A DNA stretch of 33,584 bases. Origin: Macrostomum lignano (Eukaryota). How positions within the stretch are numbered: position 1 is the stretch's first letter; each line of letters starts with the position of its first letter. The translations under genes were made by a program, and so were the position numbers. Shown piece after piece: positions 21,839 through 31,909 of this stretch. Location of the stretch: assembly GCA_002269645.1 (NCBI GenBank), contig NIVC01004844.1, positions 1 through 33,584 of the forward strand, written 5' to 3'. The notes beneath the pieces are model-generated. The model saw nothing but the letters and a program-made list of their open reading frames with translations. It was not told where the DNA came from and did not search any database.

Positions 21839-22700
21839 ACCGCTTTAACTACAAAAGGCCGTGCCCTTGAACTCCTGGATTCCAGCTGAGTCGAGTTGGA
21901 CTGTTTAATCTGTTTGTTTCACCTACCGAAGACTCGATTGAGAGAGAAATATACTAACTGAGACTGAGCCCAAGCGGTGAAGCTTTTTCTAACGATTTTA
22001 TCCGCATCGAATCAGGTGATTCACCGGCTTTTCTATTTCAATTTTATCCTGGCTATCTGTCTGTCTATCAGCGGCGGCGCCCCCGCTTCGTCGCTGAAGC
22101 ACCCTCGCACCATCTTGCGGAGAAGCGCACTGAGGTTGGCCAGAGTTGTTGAATCTTTATAGATATTTACCCGCGCCGTGACCCTGGTCCGGGCGAGGTT
22201 GGACATAAAGGCGAAACCAACCGGCTATAATATAAGGATTGGAGAGTGTTTGAGTAACAAAAAGATATGTGAGCGATCATAAGTGAAGCATCCAGTGGTT
22301 CGTTGCCGTCGTCCAGCATGACGTCAATTGTGACGGCTGGGTCCACGAGCTGATCGAGATGAACAGCGAGATGCTGCGTGATTTGCTGCTTTAGTTCTTT
22401 TGTTATGGCGTCAATCAAACGCGATTGCGCCATTTTAGAGCGTCTGAACAGATCAGGTCGCAATGATCATGTCGCAATGACAACCTGCCGGTCATCTGCC
22501 GAAATCGAAGCAAATAATGGCGTCGCAGACAATTGTCCAATTAGCAATAGAGGTTATTTGTGGCAAGTGTGCCAAAAAGGACAGACAAACACAGTTATAA
22601 CTCTGCCAAAGGGCATAGCTGTGGCACAAATGGCACACTTACTGTTTTTGAAAGGAAAAATTATTTCCGGTCGGGTGAGCCTTCCTATCTCAAAGAGTCC

Positions 22701-22974
22701 CACTAATCTCTGTTAACACAATTGATTTCTTGTGCAATATGCCGCTCAATATTTGAGTTATTTTCTTGCTAACTTTGTTGAACTTTGAATTTCATGTAAA
22801 ATGAAAGGCACTCATAAGCAGCTACATAAAATAAAAAAGTTGCTACACAAAAAACTCGTTAGGAATATTAACGGAATTATAAGAAAAATAACTGCATACC
22901 AACAGAGCTAACTAGAGACAAGTGGCGTATATATTTGTACTATAAAATTCCAATAGAACACAATGTACTAACCA
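22701..22974 (+). repeat. Dispersed ~270-bp repeat, copy 2 (copy 1 at 18901-19158)
   Basis: Same collinear blocks as copy 1, direct orientation, left ends 3800 bp apart. Confidence 0.85.
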
Positions 22975-23296
22975 AATGCTTTTCAGCAGGTAATGCAGAC
23001 AGAACAAGAGTAGCAGCAGATGAGCAACAAAGGCTTATTGCTGTGGTGATCAAATGTTTGCAGTGCTCGAACTGAGCCAATGTAAACAAAATGCGGATAG
23101 CATGTTCGCCATACACTACTTCTGCAGTAGAGAGAAAAGGGGTTTTTATGGATTAATAAATGAAAAAAAATTGCACAAAAAGGTCCGTCTGCTTATCGCA
23201 TGAAACTCAGTCTGCTTATGCAATTAAACCCAGTTCGCTTACCCCAATTGAGTGGGTACTTGACCTGAGCTCTAGCTCAGGCGAATAACCTCAAGG

Positions 23297-26200
23297 TCAA
23301 ACAGTTTCGGATTTGCTGATCTTAGCCTTGGAGAGTTTCGCGCTGGGGCAGACGGCCTTGTTAAGACAATCTGAGCACCTGGGATTCACCGGGGTGCACA
23401 GCTGCTGCCCGAATCCCACAAGCAGCTGGTTGACCTCGGACCAGTGCTCTCTGGAATGGGAGGGCGGGTATAGAGCCGCTCTGTGTTAAAAATAAGCAGG
23501 TGTCCTGTGCTTACCGGCCTTATACCGGAAATTTTACATTTTAGCCAGCGACAGATCAATATCGCCAAACAGATGTACATACGAGCTACATGTAAACCAA
23601 CTACACAACACTTAGATAAGAGTACACCAGTGGCTCGGATAATAGCCTGCTTGCCTGCCTGCTTGCCTTCCTGCCTGCTTGCCTGCCTGCCTGCCTGCCT
23701 GCTTGCCTGCCTGCCTGCCCGCCTGCCTGCCTTCCTGCCTGCCTGCCTGCTTGCCTTCCTTGCATCGCATCCTTGCATCTGCTTGCATCGAACAGAACAC
23801 GGCAAATGAGAAAACAAACAGGAAAAAGAGATCCAAAAGCATCGGAAGAACCTTGCTGGTGCGATCAACATGACCAACATGGCGCGACACCGCAGGAAGT
23901 GCGACAACGACGATCCCTAAGAGCCGTGGGATGAGGCACACCCTCTGCGAGGGTGAAAGCCTAAAATGGAAAATGGATGAGGAGAAGGCCGGGTGCTCGC
24001 CGGAGCCGAGGACCGAGACCAAGACCCTGGGCGGCAAGGAGATCCGCCAGCAGACCGAGAACATCTCCGTCCGTGGCCGCTGCGTCCGCGTGCTGAAGGG
24101 CGTGGTGCTGGGCCCCGACTGCGACCTGCACTCCGTTGACTAGTCCGACCACACCAAGGCGTGTTGAAGAACTTTTAAACAAGCTTTAGAACTCTATTAA
24201 CTTTTTGTAGATAATTATTCACTCTACATATCGGTAGTCTCACCTGGGCAGCCAGGCCTCCAATTGTTTCCTAGTATCCTCCGGCTCCTTTGCCTTCTTA
24301 GTCCAGCCCAGCCGGGCAGCGATCCGGTGCACGTGGGTGTCCACCCCGATTCCCGTCAGCCGGTCCCAGGCGCAGCGCATGGCGATGTGCGCCATCTTTG
24401 GCCCGACGCCCGGCAGGCTGCACAGGCCGGCCACGCTGTCCGGAATGTCACCGGAGTGGCTGTCCTTGAGCGCCTGGCTGGCCCGTTTGATGTAGTCTAC
24501 CTTTTTCTAGGGACATTGATGGGGCCGTTTGTTAGTTTAGTTAGTAGCATAGCAACCACAGTCTGAATCTCAGGTGGGGCATAGCAACCACAGTCTGAAT
24601 CTCAGGTGGGGCCATAGCAACCACTATCTGATCTCAGGTGGGGCATAGCAACCACAGTCTGAATCTCAGAGGGGGCCATAGCAACCACAGTCTGAATCTC
24701 AGGTGGGGCCATAGCAACCACAGTCTGAATCTCAGGTGGGGCCATAGCAACCACAGTCTGAATCTCAGGTGGGGCCATAGCAACCACAGTCTGGATCTCA
24801 GGTGGGGCCATAGCAACCACTGGGAATGCCAGGTAAAGCATACGAAATTCAGGCAAGGTGGACAACAAGGGCTCTAGAAGAAAATGAATTTCTTTAAAAT
24901 GGTAGGTTAAATCAAAGAGAAACTAGTATCGGTCAAAATAATGATCCATTGACCAAAGATCAGAGTGTAAAAGTGCATTTTGAACGCAGTCAACTACATT
25001 GGCACTGTTGACATGGGATCGAGTCCCAGAGACAAGGAGAAAAACGCACACAGCTCAGATAGCAAGATTCACTCCGGATGTGAGCAGGCTTCAATTCTCC
25101 AAATTTAGTCGTAAAATTTACTAATGGATTGAATCTGTATAAATTCTAAGCATACATTAATTAATCAGGATAAACTATACGATTGGAGACAGGCGATTGA
25201 ACGTATGCATTTGAAATTGTGAGGAGAGAGAGGGGAACAGAGGGGAGTGAGGGGAACAGAGAGGGGAGTGAGGGGAACGGAGAGGGGAGTGAGGGGAACA
25301 GTGAGGGGAGTGAGGGGAACAGAGAGAAGAGTGAGGGGAACAGAGAGAAGAGTGAGGGGAACAGAGAGGGGAGTGAGGGGAACAGAGAGGGGAGTGAGGG
25401 GAACAGTGAGGAGAGTGAGGGGAACAGAGAGGAGAGTGAGGGGAACAGAGAGGAGAGTGAGGGGAACAGAGAGGAGAGTGAGGGGAACAGAGAGGAGAGT
25501 GAGGGGAACAGTGAGGGGAGTGAGGGGAACAGAGAGGAGAGTGAGGGGAACAGAGAGAAGAGTGAGGGAACAGAGAGGGGAGTGAGGGAACAGAGAGGAG
25601 AGTGAGGGGAACAGAGAGAAGAGTGAGGGGAACAGAGAGAAGAGTGAGGGGAACAGAGAGGGGAGTGAGGGGAACAGTGAGGAGAGTGAGGGGAACAGAG
25701 AGGAGAGTGAGGGGAACAGAGAGAAGAGTGAGGGGAACAGAGAGGGGAGTGAGGGGAACAGAGAGGAGAGTGAGGGGAACAGAGAGAAGAGTGAGGGGAA
25801 CAGAGAGGAGAGTGAGGGGAACAGTGAGGAGAGTGAGGGGAACAGAGAGGGGAGTGAGGGGAACAGAGAGGAGAGTGAGGGGAACAGAGAGGAGAGTGAG
25901 GGGAACAGAGAGGAGAGTGAGGGGAACAGAGAGGGTAGTGAGGGGAACAGAGAGGAGAGTGAGGGGAACAGAGAGAAGAGTGAGGGGAACAGAGAGGAGA
26001 GTGAGGGGAACAGTGAGGAGAGTGAGGGGAACAGAGAGGGGAGTGAGGGGAACAGAGAGGAGAGTGAGGGGAACAGAGAGGAGAGTGAGGGGAACAGAGA
26101 GAAGAGTGAGGGGAACAGAGGGGAGTGAGGGAACAGAGAGGAGAGTGAGGGGAACAGAGAGGAGAGTGAGGGGAACAGAGAGAAGAGTGAGGGGAACAGA

Positions 26201-29200
26201 GAGGAGAGTGAGGGGAACAGAGAGGAGAGTGAGGGGAACAGTGAGGAGAGTGAGGGGAACAGAGAACGAAGGAAATAGAGAGAAAATTGAGTTTATTCGA
26301 GCAGCAGTGAAAGGGCAAACATGAAAAGTCCATTCGCAGCTTACCTTCCAGAATCCGACGGGATAGATGAGGCGGCCCAGTTCCGCATTGTCCGTGGCCA
26401 GAATGTTATCCAGAGTGCAGCCGTGCCGCCTCAGGCGGGCCATAGCAGCCGCAGTGACTTCGTCCTTAGTCTGGCTGGATAGCATCAGGGACAGCAGGAC
26501 TTGATAGCGAAATGTCTGACGGGAGGAGCGAGAAATCTTAGTTAATCAGCTTTTAGGCTACACTAGTCTACAATAGGGGTTGTAGCCTAGTGGTTAGAGC
26601 GTCGGAATCACGACTTGAAGGTCGGGGGTTCGATTTTCAATCCCCTCGGAACAATTTGCATCCTTGAGCAAGGCACTTAACTCTGCATTGCTTCAGTTCA
26701 CCCAGCTGTAAAATGGGCGCCAGCATTAGCTGGGTTAATTGAGGCTGTGTGTGTGGCGACCCCCCAGTCCTTGGACTGAACAGCCGTACGCAGCCTTCAG
26801 ATGCGCCGCGCAATAGCTGCGGCTGAGCTGTCGGTTACACATTTGGCCGATTTGGGGCAGGTGTAATAATAAAAAAACACTGAATCATAAACTGTCCCGA
26901 GCTATCAATCCACCGATATGTATCGTTAATAATTTCATACACTAGGAATAAACAAATTAATCCAAATATATGGCAGGATTGCGACAACAAGCATCCAGTC
27001 TTATAGAACAGAGTGGATAAGATGCTACTAAGATGTTTCTAGCATGCTGAGCGAAGCCGTAGCACTTCAAGCAAGCGCAGCTGGCTGCTAAAGTGACAAC
27101 GAGAAATTAACGGCACGCATAGCCTGACTGTGCCTGATTGAATCTCCGGCGCAGCAATGGATATCTAAAAAATACCCATTCATCCCATCTGTCGCTATAG
27201 TCGCTATAGTCGTAAAAGGAATACAAATTATTGATGCCCTGCGGAGATATTGTTAGCGAGCGAGATGGCGACACGACAAGAGGAGGGTTTATTATGAGCA
27301 CTACTCAGAACAGGCTGAAATTATCTTGGCAGTTGCCTGAGCAGCGGCGCTATTTCCCTTCCTGTAAGAATTCACTTTCCAGCACCAATAAAGAGCGAAG
27401 CGCTGTGACTAAGTAGGGCGACACTTGTGAGGCTTTGTGTGCCACTTGTGAGGCTTTGTGTACCACTTGTGAGGCTTTGTGTGCCGCTTGTAAGGCCTTG
27501 TGTGGCACTTGTGAGGCTTTGTGTGCCACTTGTGAGGCCTTGTGTGGCACTTGTGAGGCCTTGTGTGCCACTTGTGAGGCTTTGTGTGCCACTTGTGAGG
27601 CTTTGTGTGCCACTTGTGAGGCCTTGTGTGCCACTTGTGAGGCTTTGTGTGCCACTTGTAAGGCCTTGTGTGCCATTTGTAAGGCCTTGTGTGCCACTTG
27701 TGAGGCTTTGTGTGACACTTGTGAGGCCTTGTGTGCCACTTGTGAGGCCTTGTGTGCCGCTTGTAAGGCCTTGTGTGCCACTTGTGAGGCCTTGTGTGCC
27801 ACTTGAGGTCTTTTGTGCCACTTGTGTGGCCTTGTGTGTCACTTGTGTGGCCTTGTGTGCCCTCGGAATCCCATTTGTGACAATATAGCAATGGCTGCCA
27901 AGACTGGAGACCGTTACGGATCTAGGAGGGGTCAATAGGGGTCAGTTGACCTCTCATCCAAGAATATTTATTTTTGGCTGCCATCCATAATAGCATGAAT
28001 AGAATTTTCAGGTACAAAACAGTAGGACACACTTTAATGGAAATCTTCTAATCGCAACTTGCTAAATCGGGCATACACATGCACGCACTGGTACGCTGGC
28101 AGTGTAAACACACTTGTGTACTCATCGCATATACTAAGCGTCTAATAATAATCTTTGTTGCCTTACAAATGTGATAAGCGTGCAATGGCATAAGAGCGCA
28201 ATTACCTCGGGCAAGGTGCTAAGATCTTGCAGAAGTGCGCGCTTATGTCAGTATGCGCTCATGACAGCGCTTATGTCAGTATGCGCTCATAACAGCGCTT
28301 ATGTCAGTATGCGCTCATAACAGCGCTTATGTCAGTATGCGCTCATGACAGTGCTTATGTCAGTATGCGCTCATGACAGCGCTTATGTCAGTATGGCCCT
28401 TTAATCTGAGTCTCTACAGCATTTTGGGAGCGGCGAAGACAGTGCGCTAATGCTAATAATAGTATATAGTATATTGTTGCTAAAAGTGCCAGAGAACCTC
28501 TATTTTCCAAGGCAGATTTTTTAGACTCAGCTTTTCAACTCAGCTAGACTCAGCTAAAACTCCTTTTTAGACTAAATCGGTATAGTCTCTAAGTAGGCTT
28601 AAAAGCCAGTTGGCTGGCGGCACTTCAGTGCAGCCGAGTGTGGCAAATTATTTATTTTACTGGCAGCTCTCAAATTATTATTCCATATTATAGATTCAGC
28701 CTGCACAGAGAGGAAAGATAATCGCGCTTCTATCTGCAATCAAAGCCAAAAGGAATGCTTATTGAATCTCAAATTAGGCAAACAAATATTATACTAGTGC
28801 TTTTATTCAAATTATGGAAATCTGAAATATAATATTCATATAAAATTATTTCAGCTTTTCAGCTTCAGCTTCAGTCGTAGAAACAATGAACTGAGGGCGT
28901 GAGGACTGAAGCGGCTGCATAGAAGGGCGGTAGGGGCAAACTAAGAGGATTTGTTTTGGATAGAAGATAGAAAAGAGAAGCAGACAGGAAGAGAGGATAT
29001 AGACAGAGGAACAAAGGTAGAGAGAGGGTAGGGAGGGAGTAGAGAGAGGGTAGGAAAGGGTGGAGAGAGGTAGGGAGGGGTAGAGAGAGGGTAGGGAGTA
29101 GAGAGAGGTAGGGAGGGGTAGAGAGGGTAGGGAGGGGTAGAGAGGGTAGGGAGGCGTAGAGAGGTAGGAGGGGTAGAGAGAGGGTAGGGAGGGGTAGAGA

Positions 29201-31696
29201 GGGTAGGGAGGCGTAGAGAGGTAGGGAGGGGTAGAGAGAGGGTAGGGAGGGGTAGAGAGGGTAGGGAGGCGTAGAGAGGTAGGGAGGGATAGAGAGAGGG
29301 TAGGGAGGGGTAGAGAGGGTAGGGAGGCGTAGAGAGGTAGGGAGGGGTAGAGAGGGTAGGGAGGCGTAGAGAGGTAGGGAGGGGTAGAGAGGTGAGTACG
29401 AGAGGCGTCAGGAAGGGGTGTACAGGGTTAGAATCGGAGGGGTAGGAGAAAGGGTTAGGGAGGGTTTGAGACAGAGGGGCAGAGAGGTTAGGGTGAAGTG
29501 TTTAGCTGGAAGCGGATGAGCTAAAAGAAGAGACTCGAGAGTGGATAGCAAGAATCGAGAGAGGGCACGCACCCACCTAGGCTGAGCCGGCATAGCTAGA
29601 GATAAATAAAAAGAGGCGCAGTGAAGGCCGACACCCCTGCCTCAGGCAATACAGAGAGATACGGGCGGCAGTAATTGAGTGGGAAGAATCAATATATAAT
29701 AGACACGGAAATCCCCGGATTCAAAATCCTTACGAGTACAAGAAGAAAACGGCCTCCCGCCCGCTGTCAGGCAGGTCCTCAAAATTTTGCTTCTAAATAA
29801 TAACGCAGGCAGGCAGCGACGGGACAGGGAGGAGAAATAAGAAAATTGGACTCTTTCTAAGATAGAGAGACATTGGGGCGGAATCGAATTCGCTCGGCGG
29901 CTGATGATAAGGAGCCGATCTCTCTCAGTCAGATCTGCGATAACGACTGCGGCTGATGAGCAGGCTAATTAAGTTTGAGTAGCTATAAGCTATAGCAGCT
30001 AGATGTAGGTTCTCCTGTCCTAACCCTGGCAACTCTCTCTCTCTCCGCCTCCGTCTCACGCAAATTGAAATGCAGCAACTACTGTTGCTTGCAGCATCAA
30101 ACATAGGACGGGAGGCGCACCCAGTTCAGCTTAAAGCCTGAAAAATCATCAATCAAATATGATATATTTTGCCAGGTTAGTGGGCAGTCGTCACTTTGTG
30201 GAATCGATTTATCATCGAACTATTTAGACTGCGGGGCGGATCGCTACTCTCCACACTGTGTCCCTACTGTAGCTTAAACTTATGAGGGTTACTGACGTCC
30301 CTGGTGCTGGCGCCTTGGTGCTGGCGCCCTTGGTGCTGGCGCTCCTGGTGCTGGCGCCCTTGGTGCTGGCGCCCTTGGTGCTGGCGCTCCTGGTGCTGGC
30401 GCCCTTGGTGCTGGCGCCCTTGGTGCTGGCGCTCCTGGTGCTGGCGCCCTTGGTGCTGGCGCCCTTGGTGCTGGCGCCCTTGGTGCTGGCGCTCCTGGTG
30501 CTGGCGCCATTGGTGCTGGCGCCCTTGGTGCTGGCGCCCTTGGTGCTGGCGCTCCTGGTGCTGGCGCCCTTGGTGCTGGCGCCCTTGGTGCTGGCGCTCC
30601 TGGTGCTGGTCCCTTGGTGTTGTAGTGTGCGTACGCTCGCGACGCCGGCGCCCAGACGCAGACCGCTGCACCGAGAGCTTCGGGCGAGGCGGCCCGAGAT
30701 CCACCCGCCTCCCCGATGGCGCTGCGCCCGCACCCCCGCGCTGCTCGGGCGGGCGTGAAAATCTACAAGGACTGAATTTGAAATCCTGCAATGACTGAAA
30801 TTAACTGACTTTCTTTTCCGTAATATGCGGACTGAAGTTTTTTTACGTTTTTGCTGCATTCAATTCAAATATTTTATTTCCTCAATATTTTAATCTCCAT
30901 TTTCAATGCGCATCATCGGTGAATCTTTCGAACTTTGTATTTTCGAGTTACGTTTAAATCGATTTTCTTCTCTCTCAGTCTCTATTCGAAAGGGGAGAGA
31001 TGTAGTGTGCGTACGCACAGTATGGTACGCCCGGGCAGTCTGATTGGCTGCGGAGTGGGGTGGGTGCCGCCACCCCAATTCTAACTCCATAATATATAGA
31101 CGCGTGCCCAGCGCGGCGAGATTTATAAGAGTTTGGCTACACAGCAAACACGGCCTCTGACTCAGTTACTACAGGTGTTAGCGCTTCTGGTGCTGGCGAC
31201 ACTGATGCTGGCGCCCTGGTGCTGGCGCCCTTGGTGCTGGCGCCCTTGGTGCTGGCGCTCCTTGGTGCTGGCGCTCCTTGGTGCCGGCGCCCCTGGTGCT
31301 GCCCTCAAATTAATGGCATCCCCTTAAATGAAACGGCAGCCTCAATGAAGAATGCTGGCCACGCCCCTGCTCAGAGCTTCTACTTCACACCGCAGCAGTG
31401 TGCCCAGCTAAATTAATGCACTCTCAAAACAAACAAACCTTGGGTTCGGCCGCCCCGTCGGCGAGAGTGTGACAGCCCATATTGTCAACTGGAGCACTTT
31501 TATCCGCTCGCATCAGTTTAATGTTAGCCAGCTGCGCCTCCCACTTGGCCGGCGCCGGCGCCGCGGCAACCAGTTCGTCAGCAGCCTCACGACCGACTCT
31601 TCGTAAGCGATTGGCACGGCTGGGAGCGGCGCTTGCGATTTTGCGATTTTGAATTGGCGCCACGGCTAGCGGCGGATTTCTTTGTAGATCCTCAGA
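23297..31696 (-). CDS. NTHL1: Endonuclease III-like DNA glycosylase/AP lyase (NTH1/NTHL1), four exons seen, 5' end uncertain
   Basis: Exons 31696(or 31723/31810)-31439, 26515-26345, 24506-24244, 23450-23297 with GT-AG ends and matching phases. Motifs: [22 protein letters not shown]; [20 protein letters not shown]; [11 protein letters not shown]; Hh[10 protein letters not shown] with catalytic Lys; [11 protein letters not shown] with catalytic Asp; C-x6-C-x2-C-x5-C 4Fe-4S motif [17 protein letters not shown], then stop TGA at 23299-23297. Confidence 0.96.
23645..23760. repeat. (GCCT)n microsatellite in the last NTHL1 intron
   Basis: Directly visible, with GCTT/TCCT variants. Confidence 0.93.
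23931..24143 (+). CDS. Coding-like fragment nested antisense in an NTHL1 intron, unknown product
   Basis: 52 of the 54 codons from 23979 to 24140 end in G or C by hand count, ending at TAG. No recognised domain. Confidence 0.4.
   Translation: MRHTLCEGESLKWKMDEEKAGCSPEPRTETKTLGGKEIRQQTENISVRGRCVRVLKGVVLGPDCDLHSVD
24548..24820. repeat. Minisatellite, 33-bp unit CATAGCAACCACAGTCTGAATCTCAGGTGGGGC, ~8 copies
   Basis: Tandem units begin about 40 nt from the NTHL1 acceptor at 24507. Confidence 0.95.
25220..26265. repeat. Polypurine minisatellite, 21-bp unit GAGAGTGAGGGGAACAGAGAG, ~50 copies
   Basis: Directly visible; generates the spurious 390-aa and 436-aa repeat ORF tails. Confidence 0.96.
26576..26876 (+). 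mobile_element. tRNA-derived SINE with CORE (MIR-like) central domain
   Basis: Pol III box A TAGCCTAGTGG (26583) and box B GGTTCGATT (26627) in a degenerate tRNA head. CCTTGAGCAAGGCACTTAACTCTGCATTGCTTCAGTTCACCCAGCTGTAAAATGGG (26662-26717) aligns by eye with the MIR CORE consensus CCTTGGGCAAGTCACTTAACCTCTCTGAGCCTCAGTTTCCTCATCTGTAAAATGGG. A-rich tail near 26866-26877. Confidence 0.8.
27419..27860. repeat. Minisatellite, 21-bp unit CACTTGTGAGGCCTTGTGTGC, ~21 copies
   Basis: Directly visible. Confidence 0.95.
28239..28395. repeat. Minisatellite, 28-bp unit GCGCTTATGTCAGTATGCGCTCATGACA, ~5.5 copies
   Basis: Directly visible. Confidence 0.93.
29010..29395. repeat. G-rich polypurine minisatellite, ~18-20-bp unit GTAGGGAGGGGTAGAGAG(AG)
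   Basis: Directly visible; repeated G3/G4 runs. Confidence 0.92.
30300..30620. repeat. Minisatellite, 15-bp unit TGGTGCTGGCGC(C/T)C(T/C), ~21 copies
   Basis: Directly visible; a second, more degenerate block of the same unit lies at 31186-31302. Confidence 0.94.
31186..31302. repeat. Second block of the 15-bp TGGTGCTGGCGCCCT minisatellite
   Basis: Same unit as 30300-30620, about 7 degenerate copies. Confidence 0.85.
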
Positions 31697-31909
31697 CTGA
31701 AAGTACGGAGACGAGGTTGAAGCCTGGAGTGGAGGGAGATGTAGGGAGAGACGAACATTTATTAATGTAGGAATTAGATTAATGATGCATGATATCATGG
31801 CAATGGTCATATTTGGGATTGATGAGTCACGTGCATGATAGATGAGTCATTGTCAGCCATTCATCTAATGTTTTACTGTCTCCGTGTGCTCTGTCCTAAT
31901 GTCAGTTCC

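Noticed and set aside
25161-26333. Long ORFs (390 and 436 aa) and similar ORFs at 1277-1792, 2819-3454, 8664-9104, 15183-15713, 16030-16523, 19036-19556, 27350-27935, 30224-30859, 31835-33373
   Set aside because: They are translations of tandem or low-complexity repeats that lack stops in several frames. Only the parts coinciding with spliced exons (26515-26345, 15596-15900) are accepted.
26576-26648. Functional tRNA gene
   Set aside because: T-arm and anticodon stem do not pair properly and the sequence runs directly into a CORE-like SINE body.
29408-29900. LINE 3' fragment on the minus strand
   Set aside because: Multiple stops in all frames and no RT, RNase H or CCHC motif that I could identify.
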